From positions 1 to 59,830 of the IMG/VR virus record IMGVR_UViG_3300029224_000008: 59,830 nt of DNA; one strand, given 5' to 3'. Within the stretch, counting starts at the first letter, position 1, and the number at the start of each line of letters is the position of its first letter. This document shows, in pieces, positions 36,571-45,718 of this stretch. Under the pieces are notes generated by a model. That model saw only the letters and a program-made list of their open reading frames with translations. It was not told the origin of the DNA and ran no database searches. A program made the translations under genes and the position numbers. The DNA is from a virus. Taxonomy: Duplodnaviria > Caudoviricetes.

Positions 36571-36949
36571 CAATCTTGCCTCCACCGATCGCCTTGATTT
36601 CACCCTCTTTGGCTGGGGCCTTCGTCTCCTTGGCACTGTGCGCCAGATATTCTCGGTCCATGGATCGAATCAAGTATAGGAGATCCGACCGATCATGTCC
36701 AGCCAGTCCCTGCTCATCACACCACTGCATGATGGCTGTCCATGGGATCGGTCCTGCGGAGAAGCCTACCGATCGACAGGTACTCAACTCGCAGAATGCC
36801 GTGTAGATAGGCACCAATGGCTGCCATAGGTTCGGAGCGTTCTTCGCCCAGCGGGGGAGTGGGCGTTTGGCTCGATAGCACCTGTCTATTACCTCTCGCT
36901 CACTATCACCCCTGGTGAGCGAATAGATCAGGCACTCTGTGAGTTTCCC
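36563..36949 (-). CDS. Tail assembly chaperone, -1 frameshift extension (gpGT-like)
   Basis: The -1 frame is open from slippery GGGAAAC (36949-36943) to the stop at 36563; FCELSTCR..GPIPWTAI. Confidence 0.8.
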   Translation of the reverse strand, partial: GKLTECLIYSLTRGDSEREVIDRCYRAKRPLPRWAKNAPNLWQPLVPIYTAFCELSTCRSVGFSAGPIPWTAIMQWCDEQGLAGHDRSDLLYLIRSMDREYLAHSAKETKAPAKEGEIKAIGGGKIGG

Positions 36950-37386
36950 GAGGCGTCCTCAAGGATGGCGACCCGGTAGCGCTCGAACTTACCTGCTTCG
37001 GATTCCGCCTCAGTCAGAAGCTCAGGGAACTCGGCGAACAACTGCATACCCCCTTCAGGTGTATATGCTTGGTCGGTGCCGTTCTTGGTGATGCCTTTCC
37101 AGCCAAGCACAATCTGCTCGGTGAACACACTCTTACCCACTTCGTTAATCTTGTCAGCGAGACTCTTGGGCATGTCCGATGCTTTCTTATACAGACCCAG
37201 CATCCGCTCATATGGATCAAGGGCTGTCCGCAGCGCTTCCTTGTATTGACTGTTGACATTGGCATCAGCGAGGGCCAGCAACAGACTGATAGTCACAGGC
37301 TCACTGCCTACGCCAATCAGCACAAAATCTGTCCATACGCCCGAACGAACTGCGCCATCATCCAGACGGCTTGTACCTAGTTGCAT
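36928..37386 (-). CDS. Tail assembly chaperone (gpG-like)
   Basis: GVW, VLGWKGI, ends ..ASGN; directly downstream of the tail tube gene. Confidence 0.85.
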   Translation of the reverse strand: MQLGTSRLDDGAVRSGVWTDFVLIGVGSEPVTISLLLALADANVNSQYKEALRTALDPYERMLGLYKKASDMPKSLADKINEVGKSVFTEQIVLGWKGITKNGTDQAYTPEGGMQLFAEFPELLTEAESEAGKFERYRVAILEDASGNSQSA

Positions 37387-37424
37387 CTTCTATCTCCTCT
37401 GATTGGTGAAAGTAACTGATTCGA

Positions 37425-39017
37425 CTACTGGGCTGCCGTAGGCAGGTAGTCGAAGAACACGAACATGAGTGTGTGATTAAGCGTCGGATGGATCTTGGCA
37501 CCTGATGCGGCCCCGGCCTCCAGGGGGATCTTGACTGGCTGATCCTGCTCGACAGACAACCGACCACCGCCCAGGGTGACCAGGGGTAAGTCTATGGCTA
37601 AGCCGGTGTTCGACTTGGCCATGATGAGATCGATTGACACATCTTCGTTGTTTCGCACAGCTTGAACAGATGCAACATTCCCGAAGTATGCCGACACATT
37701 ACCCGAGACCTCGAAGACGCCCTCTGTGACCTCGAACGCGCCGAGAACACCAAGGGCATTATTTGGCGAGTTGTTGTTGTTGATGTTTAGATCCAAAGAC
37801 TCTGAGTATGTGAACAATGCGTCAGGATTAGCTGAAGTAGCGGACACCGTTCGCACGCTGATACGGCTAAAGTCTGACGAGGTGTTAAAGGCATCAGCCT
37901 CTACAACATCCTGTCGGATAACTCCGCTGATCTTGGACAGAAGGCTGTCAGCGCCAGAAACATTCTCGTCGATGCTGCTCGAAGTGGTGGGAACAAACCC
38001 AAGAGCAACAGTCACCTTATCTGCGGATTCAGAGGTCATGGTCCATTCATTTGGAACGGCACCGGACACATATTCTGCCTGCTCCAGTGTGATATTGGAA
38101 TCGTTCGAGTAACCCAGGGTTCGCTCGATGGTGTATGTTCGACGGATGATGCTTGTGCCGATTTCATTCTTGATAACGCGGCCCTTGAATAATCGAATAC
38201 TTTGCGTGCTGGAACCGCCTGCCCCGTCGCTCGTACCATCATCAGCCACCAGTGAAATATCAGTCTTATCGAAAGTCATTACAGTGGCAGTGACGCTCCG
38301 CACTCGCGCGAAGAAGGGAGCATTTAAGGCAAAGGCTGTGGTAGCGGTATCACCTCCAACAAAGATCCATTCGCCGGGAATGATTCCAAGTTGTGTGAGA
38401 TCCTTAGTAGTTGTTGTCAGGGTAGGAAAGGCAACGGTTGGGCCAGGCTGAGTAATTGTGGCGTCATCGACAGCAAACTCAAAGCCAACGGCCTCGATCT
38501 TGGCAGTAGTTCCCGATGTCTCATCCACAAGGTTCTGGTCAACAAGCACCTTGTTCGAGGATGTGGAAGCAACGGACTTCAGGCCATTATTGGCAGTGAC
38601 TGTGAAGCCTGTGGCCCACAGCAAATCTCCTGCGAAGAAACCAGTCTCGATGGCGGTTTGACCATAAGAATCGTCCGCTGTCAGCACAGTTTGAGCACTA
38701 CCTGTAAACAACTGCTTCGAGCGGATGGTGGCATACATGAAGCCTTGAAGGATGCTCTGCATGTTGGTTTGTGTGAGGTCGGCATCAAAGCCAGCGCCCG
38801 CCTCAATATTGACAACAACGCCCTTCTTCTTCTGGCGGCCCTGGTTAATGGGGCGGCGTTCAACTGTGATGACATTGCCGCCGAAGTCAGTGAATGAGTT
38901 GGGTTCTTGCTCAACCCATAGCTGATTTGTAGGGGTTGGGTCAAGGACACCAATACTGATCTCTTCTGCGATACGCAGACCTGAACTGTTTGATTTAACG
39001 GTGGCAACCTGAGCCAT
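37425..39017 (-). CDS. Major tail (tube) protein
   Basis: 530 aa; LRIAEE, EPNSFTDFGG, FEVSGNVSAYF; position. Confidence 0.88.
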   Translation of the reverse strand: MAQVATVKSNSSGLRIAEEISIGVLDPTPTNQLWVEQEPNSFTDFGGNVITVERRPINQGRQKKKGVVVNIEAGAGFDADLTQTNMQSILQGFMYATIRSKQLFTGSAQTVLTADDSYGQTAIETGFFAGDLLWATGFTVTANNGLKSVASTSSNKVLVDQNLVDETSGTTAKIEAVGFEFAVDDATITQPGPTVAFPTLTTTTKDLTQLGIIPGEWIFVGGDTATTAFALNAPFFARVRSVTATVMTFDKTDISLVADDGTSDGAGGSSTQSIRLFKGRVIKNEIGTSIIRRTYTIERTLGYSNDSNITLEQAEYVSGAVPNEWTMTSESADKVTVALGFVPTTSSSIDENVSGADSLLSKISGVIRQDVVEADAFNTSSDFSRISVRTVSATSANPDALFTYSESLDLNINNNNSPNNALGVLGAFEVTEGVFEVSGNVSAYFGNVASVQAVRNNEDVSIDLIMAKSNTGLAIDLPLVTLGGGRLSVEQDQPVKIPLEAGAASGAKIHPTLNHTLMFVFFDYLPTAAQ

Positions 39018-39036
39018 GTGATACTCTCCTTCGGAA

Positions 39037-39498
39037 CTACTTGAACTGGTCGTATGTGAACTCGATCACACAGTTGGCCTGAAACCAGACTCCATCTTTG
39101 CCAATCTCCTCTGACCCGGCGCTAGTGAACTGCACGCCGCTAGGTGTAGCACCACCGATACGATACGCATCAAGAACGACTTCGACAAGATCATCAGAGA
39201 TGCGCAATCCATCCCCATAAGGGGTGAACACCTGCACCGAAATCAGACCGACCATCTCATACCTCTTCAGGCTTCCACCTATGGAGGCAGGTGCTCCGGC
39301 TGGGTCATGCTTCACTCCGACTCGAAGCCAGGGCTTGCCTGCCGGGACCGCAGGGACACCCTGCTCGACACCAGGTTGTTTCTCCTGTACATCATCATGG
39401 ATGACCGAGATGCTGGCATATGTCCCTGACGCAGCCAGGGCAACGCGCAAGCGGTTCATCATCTCATCGCGGGCTACTGTACGGCTGGCTGGGGGCAT
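39037..39498 (-). CDS. Tail terminator protein
   Basis: PWLRV, GLISVQVFTP, WFQANC..F.YD. Confidence 0.8.
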   Translation of the reverse strand: MPPASRTVARDEMMNRLRVALAASGTYASISVIHDDVQEKQPGVEQGVPAVPAGKPWLRVGVKHDPAGAPASIGGSLKRYEMVGLISVQVFTPYGDGLRISDDLVEVVLDAYRIGGATPSGVQFTSAGSEEIGKDGVWFQANCVIEFTYDQFK

Positions 39499-39882
39499 TT
39501 ATTGTCTCGCTTGTATATCGTACAGGATAGATGTCGTTCCAGGTTTGATGGTATTGCATGAAACGATACTGTACACTTGAGTCTCATCAAGAATTGAATT
39601 GGCTGATGTAAAGTCAACAGTAGGGTTCGACAGCACATCAATCAATATTCGTTTGTCGCCGCGTCGAACTTGATCCCCATCTATCTCCTCTTCCTCATAA
39701 TCTACCACTACTCCTATGACAGGCAGATCGTACTCGAAGCCAACTACCGCATCAGGATCTGGTCCTCGCCACCCCTTACCCGCGACTTCTGGGGTTTCAG
39801 ATAGTTTACGAATCTGCATGGATCTGCCATGCTTGGCAATCAGTCGTTTGGCTAGCTTTGCAAACTTCGTATGTGGTGCCAT
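39499..39882 (-). CDS. Head closure / head-tail connector
   Basis: AKRLIAKHGR, IDGDQVRRGD, ILYDIQAR. Confidence 0.8.
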   Translation of the reverse strand: MAPHTKFAKLAKRLIAKHGRSMQIRKLSETPEVAGKGWRGPDPDAVVGFEYDLPVIGVVVDYEEEEIDGDQVRRGDKRILIDVLSNPTVDFTSANSILDETQVYSIVSCNTIKPGTTSILYDIQARQ

Positions 39883-39884
39883 AC

Positions 39885-40451
39885 CTACGCCCTTATGGTT
39901 GTGCCAGTTGTGCCGGTGACCAAAGACGCAAGTAGCGCATCCGCTGCGGGATAGCGAGGCATTGATGCCGAGTTGCTTGACGCCGTAGGATCAGAGAAGG
40001 TCTTGCTTTCAGACAAAGGCCCAACCTTCTCGCTGGTCTGTATCACAATCCCATTCGCGTCGATGACATCCCCATTATTATCTAATCGATCAAAGCCAAC
40101 AGGAGAATCAGGGGCAAGTTCCGCATACTTACTAGCACGGTACGCATACTCGTATGTTGCATTCTGCAACTGAGCGGATAATGAATCTGATGGCAATAGT
40201 ACGCTGTCTATGTAGATGCCTGATCGAGGATGACCCAGGGCCTGCACCAGTGTACTACGGGAGCCGCGCCACCGCGTGCCATAGTTGCTCTCTATAAAGT
40301 CAGTGGCACGCACCAGGTAACCTTGAATATCAGGGTCGGGCTGCCCAGAAAGGTCGCGGCCTCGGTCTAACCAGTACGCGCGGTAATTAGCCACAGACCC
40401 ATAAGAGTTGGCGTCAGCAACGCCCGTGCCATCTTCAATAATGAAAGCCAT
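39885..40451 (-). CDS. Head-tail adaptor (DnaT-like phage family)
   Basis: IIEDGTGVADANSY, LVRATDFIE, QAL.HPR, EKVGPL. Confidence 0.85.
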   Translation of the reverse strand: MAFIIEDGTGVADANSYGSVANYRAYWLDRGRDLSGQPDPDIQGYLVRATDFIESNYGTRWRGSRSTLVQALGHPRSGIYIDSVLLPSDSLSAQLQNATYEYAYRASKYAELAPDSPVGFDRLDNNGDVIDANGIVIQTSEKVGPLSESKTFSDPTASSNSASMPRYPAADALLASLVTGTTGTTIRA

Positions 40452-41236
40452 TATGAAGCTCCTATTCTGTCACACCGTGCGCGAAGAGGCAGTTGGTATC
40501 GACCCTCTGCTCGAATGTTACCGCCCATGTACAATAGGCGTGCGGTTTCGGTGAACTCGACCGCCGATACCTGAGCGGTTGTTTCCAGAAGCAGGTTCCA
40601 GCTATCTGTCCATGCCCCACCTGACCAGTCATGGGTTCCTTCAGTGTTAGCTAGCCTGAATGTGCCCGTTGTGCTGATCTGATCCATCCTCTTATCGAAT
40701 CGCAAGTTAACAGAAGAGTCACCATCAATTTCCACATACACCTGTGTTACGCGGAGGGCAACGCCAAAGGCAGGAGGCATACCCAATCGAACCAGGACAT
40801 CTTCCTCGGTCAGGGCCGTGAACTCAAACTCGTAATCTTCATATGCTCCTGTAGGAGTGAGAGAACCTAACGATTCAATCAGGGTGCCGCCTAGCTCACG
40901 CAGTTCAACTGCACAGTTTGGTGCCCCAGCTAGTTGAGATGTCCGAACAAACACTCTCCCTGACACAGGTCCAGGAAGTGTACCAAGATTAAAGGTTAGG
41001 TCTACAAGATCATTCTGACCACCCAGGATGTTGGTGGCATCATCATCCGCAACCACATCATCAACAACCTCATGTGCAGTAGCATCTCCATTCACACCCC
41101 ATCCTGAGTTAGAGGAGGCTGTGGGTCGAGTGATGGTGGGTGTTCCTGTAACCACAGTCACCTCCCGAATAAGAGGTGTTCTGTTTCTACTCTTGTGTCG
41201 CCGAGTCGAGGCCATGATGTCATCACGAGTGGTCAT
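40451..41236 (-). CDS. Hypothetical virion protein, paralog of 41239-42081
   Basis: Shared blocks RVTQVY.E, FD..MDQ..T.G.FR, Y.GG..R.EG. Confidence 0.75.
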   Translation of the reverse strand: MTTRDDIMASTRRHKSRNRTPLIREVTVVTGTPTITRPTASSNSGWGVNGDATAHEVVDDVVADDDATNILGGQNDLVDLTFNLGTLPGPVSGRVFVRTSQLAGAPNCAVELRELGGTLIESLGSLTPTGAYEDYEFEFTALTEEDVLVRLGMPPAFGVALRVTQVYVEIDGDSSVNLRFDKRMDQISTTGTFRLANTEGTHDWSGGAWTDSWNLLLETTAQVSAVEFTETARLLYMGGNIRAEGRYQLPLRARCDRIGAS

Positions 41237-41238
41237 GT

Positions 41239-42081
41239 TTAATATGTTATGTTAGTCGTTGTGTCCCGGTCAGGAAGGGCGTATCGAGTACCCTCATCCC
41301 GAAGGTCACCGCCCAGGTAGATGGCCTTTGCTGTACCGGGGAAGGCGTTGGAGTCAACTACATCAAAGGTGTCTGCAAGAAGTCGATCCTTCTCAATCCA
41401 TACCAGATTGCGGTAGTCTCGAATACCGGAGAAATCACAGATACGAAACACGCCATCGGTTTTACTTTGGTCCATGTACCTATCGAAACCAATCTGCGCG
41501 ACGGGCATGTCCTCGACTTCCAGATAAACTTGAGTGACGCGCACTCCTGGATTTGTTCGGAAGTTTATGCGTAAGTAAGGATTCAGGCTGAGATCAAGAG
41601 AATCGATATCAAACGATTTTGTCTGGTAATTAGTCCCGAAAACGGAAGACTGGCCCAGGTTTTTAATCAGAACATCATTTTCAGAAAAGATCCCCATTCG
41701 CAAAAGGCCGAGGCTGAAACCACTATCCACGGCAACTCGAACATATATTGTAGCAAATGCGTCTGGATTGATCCTGTTCAGGCCAAAGCCAATCTTGCAA
41801 CTGTTTCCAGCTTTTCCGAAAATGTATGTGGTGTTCTCATCACTAATCTGCTCATCCACAGCCTCATGTAGGGTAGGAGCACCGACAACTGTGCATCCAC
41901 TGTTGATGCTGTAATCTGGTCGGAACAAGCCGATGGGGTCACCCTCGCTGCTGAGGTGTACTGTCTCCATGTGGGGAGTGCTTCTCCGGTTCTTCAGCCG
42001 ATGTTGCAAAGATACCTTCTCTGCCAGCTTCGCCTGCTCGACATCAATCTGCTCTTGTGATTTTTCTTGACTCTCATCCAC
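41239..42081 (-). CDS. Hypothetical virion protein, paralog of 40451-41236
   Basis: Same shared blocks; position in the head operon. Confidence 0.75.
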   Translation of the reverse strand: MDESQEKSQEQIDVEQAKLAEKVSLQHRLKNRRSTPHMETVHLSSEGDPIGLFRPDYSINSGCTVVGAPTLHEAVDEQISDENTTYIFGKAGNSCKIGFGLNRINPDAFATIYVRVAVDSGFSLGLLRMGIFSENDVLIKNLGQSSVFGTNYQTKSFDIDSLDLSLNPYLRINFRTNPGVRVTQVYLEVEDMPVAQIGFDRYMDQSKTDGVFRICDFSGIRDYRNLVWIEKDRLLADTFDVVDSNAFPGTAKAIYLGGDLRDEGTRYALPDRDTTTNITY

Positions 42082-42113
42082 AATGGGCTCCTAATGACTG
42101 AGGTTATCCGAAC

Positions 42114-42503
42114 TTATTGTCCCGGCTTGCGTTGTCGCCAAAGGGCTTGTTCCGCAGGTGTACCAACACCCACAGCGGCTCCCCCTGTGATGTCAGCGAT
42201 ACGAGATGCCACTTCGGCACGGCGTACTCGATTATCACGGCCTGCCTCTGTGATAGCCTTCAACGCAGCAGCCTGGGTCACTGGGTTACCTTCGATGCCA
42301 TGTCGGTTTAGGTCATCCCGATCCGCACGCAGATTCCTCATGCGTTCCTGGTTGTCCTTGATGATTTGATCGCATGTCGCAATACCCTTCTCAATTTCTG
42401 CAATAAGCTCCTGCCTGGTAGGCGCAGCCTGCTGGACCTCGGGTGTTGCCGTATCAGGCTTGTCAGCGAATGGTCGTTTATCCCATGAATTACTTTCGTT
42501 CAT
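42114..42503 (-). CDS. Hypothetical coiled-coil protein
   Basis: GAGGAG RBS; 129 aa. Confidence 0.7.
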   Translation of the reverse strand: MNESNSWDKRPFADKPDTATPEVQQAAPTRQELIAEIEKGIATCDQIIKDNQERMRNLRADRDDLNRHGIEGNPVTQAAALKAITEAGRDNRVRRAEVASRIADITGGAAVGVGTPAEQALWRQRKPGQ

Positions 42504-42526
42504 TTACTATCTCCTCGTTCTGTGAA

Positions 42527-42997
42527 TTAAAGATCGTCGATGTCGGTCTCTGCCCGCATTGTTTCAGGGTCCGTTCCTTGGCGCAGTCGCTCCAGTAGTG
42601 CTTCCGGCGTCACACCGAAAGCAACACTATGTGTACCTGATCCTGTGCCTGTGATATCGACATAGCTGCTTGAGGCCACCTTGTACAACCTGTCACACAG
42701 TCGAAAGGTATTGGCGTCTACAAGGAGCACCCAGTAATGGGTGTCCACAACCAAGCCTGCGGGCAATGCACCGCCAGAGTTGGTAAGCTCCACTGGTCCT
42801 TCGGCGTTGACGAATCCATGGCTGGAGGCGGTGACCAGATCAGTGCCTGCATCCACAGTAAATGTGGACAATGAGGCCGAAGAAGTCAGTCTCGCGGATT
42901 CAGTTGTCAGAAACTGCTTCAGGATGTTCGAGACCCCGTGTCGCAGTCTTGAATATACACGACGCCGTACATGTCGGGGGCGGCTCTTCTGTGACAT
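42527..42997 (-). CDS. Putative head decoration protein, paralog of 45234-45677
   Basis: HG..GPV.LT..LP..L..T.YW..VD.NT..L..VDIT.TG.GTH domain. Confidence 0.7.
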   Translation of the reverse strand: MSQKSRPRHVRRRVYSRLRHGVSNILKQFLTTESARLTSSASLSTFTVDAGTDLVTASSHGFVNAEGPVELTNSGGALPAGLVVDTHYWVLLVDANTFRLCDRLYKVASSSYVDITGTGSGTHSVAFGVTPEALLERLRQGTDPETMRAETDIDDL

Positions 42998-43011
42998 GGT
43001 TGAAACTCCTT

Positions 43012-43045
43012 AAAAGACGCCCGAGCCCCGGTAGGGGCTCGGGCG
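43012..43045 (-). terminator. Intrinsic terminator after the major capsid gene
   Basis: 12-bp perfect stem CGCCCGAGCCCC/GGGGCTCGGGCG, 4-nt loop, followed by TCTTTT on the minus strand. Confidence 0.85.
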
Positions 43046-43064
43046 GGATGACTTGTATGGAAAC

Positions 43065-44159
43065 TTACGCTTCGCGGGTGATGAGGCGGGCGATAGCAAT
43101 CTGCTTACGCTCAGGATACACCCGACTCCATGAGTCGGCGTGCGCCAGGGTATTGGCTGTAGCAGCGTCGCCGTTGGCAGGGCCGCTGGAAGGTGCTGTA
43201 CCGATCCAAGCGTGACCGACAGGGTGGATTGCCCACTCGATTCGGTTCCACAGGATGGTCTGACCACCACCATTGCCGCCTTCAGGAACCCGTTCGATTT
43301 CGACAGGCACCTTGGCGCTACCCATGCCGATGAGGAACGAGGTGCGACCTACGAGCCAGGTATGGTAGATACCAGTGGCAGTCGCCGCAGCGCCCGCGCC
43401 CGCAGGGTTTGGAACGCCGTCATCGACAATGACTCGATATTTGCCGAGCAACAGTTCGATGTTGCCAGCAGCGAGGTTGGTTGTATCAGGAACTGAATCA
43501 ACGAGGTTGTTCTTGCGGGCTCGGGACAGAACATGCGAGTGCATGACCACGGCGACAATCTCTTCAGCACTGTCACCCATGGTGGTAGTGGCGTCGATGA
43601 ATGCTTCCATGTTGAAGTCTGTGACACCTGCGACATAGCCGCCGCCCTTGACATCCACGGTCATGTCATCCTGCGTATGCGTATCAGTGCCGGTTGGGGA
43701 TGCTTCATTATCTGCGAAGATACCCTGAACCAGTGCAATAAATGCTTTCTGCAAACGCCGCGTCCAGAAGTCAGCAGTGAGGTCCATGATTGCTTCCATG
43801 GGGTCTGCGCCGGAAAGAGCAGTGTTGAGATCCATGTCCGACCATGAGTAGTTACGACTCAGCCGAACAGCGACTTCCTGACTGGTCTGGATCTTACCGT
43901 GTGCATCAGGCTGCGAGCCTGTGCCATCCTGTGGAATGACCGTCGCAGGGTTGTCCCCTGAAAGTCGCTCTTCGCCTTCCAGGTCGCGGAAGGAAGGCAC
44001 ATTGATAGTCAGGCCTGGGCCAGAGAGGAAGTCGTCAAGAAACTGACTTCGACCGGCAATGCCCGCTCGGATGATGTTGGATTTCTCCTCGGTTCGCTGT
44101 TGAAGGTACGATGCGTACCGCTCAGGGATAACGAGATCGGAAAGGCGGGTAACGGCCAT
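43065..44159 (-). CDS. Major capsid protein
   Basis: MAVTRLSDLVIPE, SGADPMEAI, VIVDD, HPVG; position after scaffold, own promoter and terminator. Confidence 0.92.
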   Translation of the reverse strand: MAVTRLSDLVIPERYASYLQQRTEEKSNIIRAGIAGRSQFLDDFLSGPGLTINVPSFRDLEGEERLSGDNPATVIPQDGTGSQPDAHGKIQTSQEVAVRLSRNYSWSDMDLNTALSGADPMEAIMDLTADFWTRRLQKAFIALVQGIFADNEASPTGTDTHTQDDMTVDVKGGGYVAGVTDFNMEAFIDATTTMGDSAEEIVAVVMHSHVLSRARKNNLVDSVPDTTNLAAGNIELLLGKYRVIVDDGVPNPAGAGAAATATGIYHTWLVGRTSFLIGMGSAKVPVEIERVPEGGNGGGQTILWNRIEWAIHPVGHAWIGTAPSSGPANGDAATANTLAHADSWSRVYPERKQIAIARLITREA

Positions 44160-44278
44160 GGTGATTCACTCCTGTTCTGGGTTCTTAGTTCTTCGGATTA
44201 CGCCAAAAGACTGTGCAGGGAATCACTCCCGTGCCGCCGTGCTACCATGAGCCGGTACTGGTCCTTATATGACACCTA

Positions 44279-44307
44279 ACGATACGGTCAGCCTATCAAA
44301 CTGTCAA
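44279..44307 (-). promoter_or_regulatory. Sigma70-like promoter of the capsid gene
   Basis: TTGACA-N17-TATCGT. Confidence 0.7.
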
Positions 44308-44310
44308 GGG

Positions 44311-45144
44311 TTACTTTGGGGGTTCGGGCCTGCGAAGGTTGTCGAGGTCGGCACCTGCTGCCTTAGCCATTCGCTCGGCCAGTGGTAGATCCTTGGCCAT
44401 GATTTCCAGGGCCTGTGTCATGTTCCACTTGTCATGGGTAAATGGATTGTCCTTGCCATCTACGACACCACCAGGGGTACGAGCGCCGCCGCCCTCGCTG
44501 ACAGGCCACAGATTAGGATACGACTCCTTAGCCTCTGTGCTAAGAACCATACCAATGTCAATACCTGGAGAAAAAGTACCGCCTTCACTAGCAATAAGAT
44601 TTCCACCATCATCAAACTCCATGTCGGGGGCCATGAGCCGCACTGCCATGTTGAGGGCAGTGGCTTCTGTGATTCCGGCTTCCGTTGCCTTAGTGCGGAT
44701 GATTTTTTCTTTCCTCGCAGTTGTTTCTCTGCCCAGGGCGGTGGTGAGGGCTGTTTCATGTTCAACAGACTTAGACTCCGCTGCTTGCAGCTTGAGTTCC
44801 AGTGGACCCTTTATCAGGGCCACTCGGCGTTCAACAAGTGCATCAATCTCAGCCGTATCAGGCTTCTTATCCATAGAGTCCACTGTGAGTTGCAGGGTGT
44901 CCCGCTCAATAACTGCTGTGGCTTGGTCATTCTTTGCCGTGGCAAGATCAGCCTTGGTAGCTTTGTGCGCTGTTCGCTCACTATCCAATGCTTTACTTAG
45001 GGCGTCCTTGCCGCCGCCTGCCGCCATAGCGGCTACGAGACCAACGACCCCCGTCAGTTTGTATACGCCACCTTGCTCGGTATACAGGGCGGCGTGTTCT
45101 GTTGGCACTTCGGCCTGCGTTGCGTACCCTAGTTGGATTTCCAT
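44311..45144 (-). CDS. Capsid scaffolding protein
   Basis: LY.EQGG.Y.L, coiled coil, WP.S.GGGA, NPF..WN.T. Confidence 0.85.
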   Translation of the reverse strand: MEIQLGYATQAEVPTEHAALYTEQGGVYKLTGVVGLVAAMAAGGGKDALSKALDSERTAHKATKADLATAKNDQATAVIERDTLQLTVDSMDKKPDTAEIDALVERRVALIKGPLELKLQAAESKSVEHETALTTALGRETTARKEKIIRTKATEAGITEATALNMAVRLMAPDMEFDDGGNLIASEGGTFSPGIDIGMVLSTEAKESYPNLWPVSEGGGARTPGGVVDGKDNPFTHDKWNMTQALEIMAKDLPLAERMAKAAGADLDNLRRPEPPK

Positions 45145-45233
45145 ATGCTAATCTCCTCTGTCTGCGTGTGTGTGTGTGAACTGCGGCCACTGCCTTAGCA
45201 GATGAACTGCTTGTGACTGCTCTAATTAATGAC

Positions 45234-45677
45234 TTAAAATCCAGTGCCCTGTACCGCCTCATCCCAGAACTTGGCGATGTTGATACTGGGCTGTGCAGAC
45301 CTGTTGCCAGGGAAGGTAAGCACTTCAGTGAGGGACTGCTCAAGCTGATCGCCGAGCGTTTGTATATTGGCACGCATGGTATGCGTGCCAATTCCTGTAT
45401 TCGTGATGTCCACTGCTGTGCCTGCAATAGCCAACGCCTTGGAAGTAGAAAGCTGTACAGTATTTACATCAATCACAATAAGCCAATAATCCGTAGCAAG
45501 GCTGAGCGGAGAAGGGAGTGTCGTTGTAGTGGTAAGACGAACTGGACCAAAGCCTGTATCTTTACCATGTCCTGTTGCTGTGATGTCGTCATCCACTGCG
45601 GCAGTGAACGCCTTGGTGGCTCCGACAACGGTCGTTGCACCACCCATGGATGTCAAGAAATCAGACTTAGCCGCCAT
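45234..45677 (-). CDS. Putative head decoration protein, paralog of 42527-42997
   Basis: GHGKDTGFGPVRLT..ATDYWLIVIDVNT..VDITNTGIGTH. Confidence 0.7.
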   Translation of the reverse strand: MAAKSDFLTSMGGATTVVGATKAFTAAVDDDITATGHGKDTGFGPVRLTTTTTLPSPLSLATDYWLIVIDVNTVQLSTSKALAIAGTAVDITNTGIGTHTMRANIQTLGDQLEQSLTEVLTFPGNRSAQPSINIAKFWDEAVQGTGF

Positions 45678-45718
45678 TTGTAAATCTCCTTGGATTAGAA
45701 TCTGTTCGCACAGGAACT

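Noticed and set aside
44339-45151. Long antisense ORFs (also 8081-8794, 15667-16263, 27598-28275 and others)
   Set aside because: Shadows of well-supported genes on the opposite strand; no motifs
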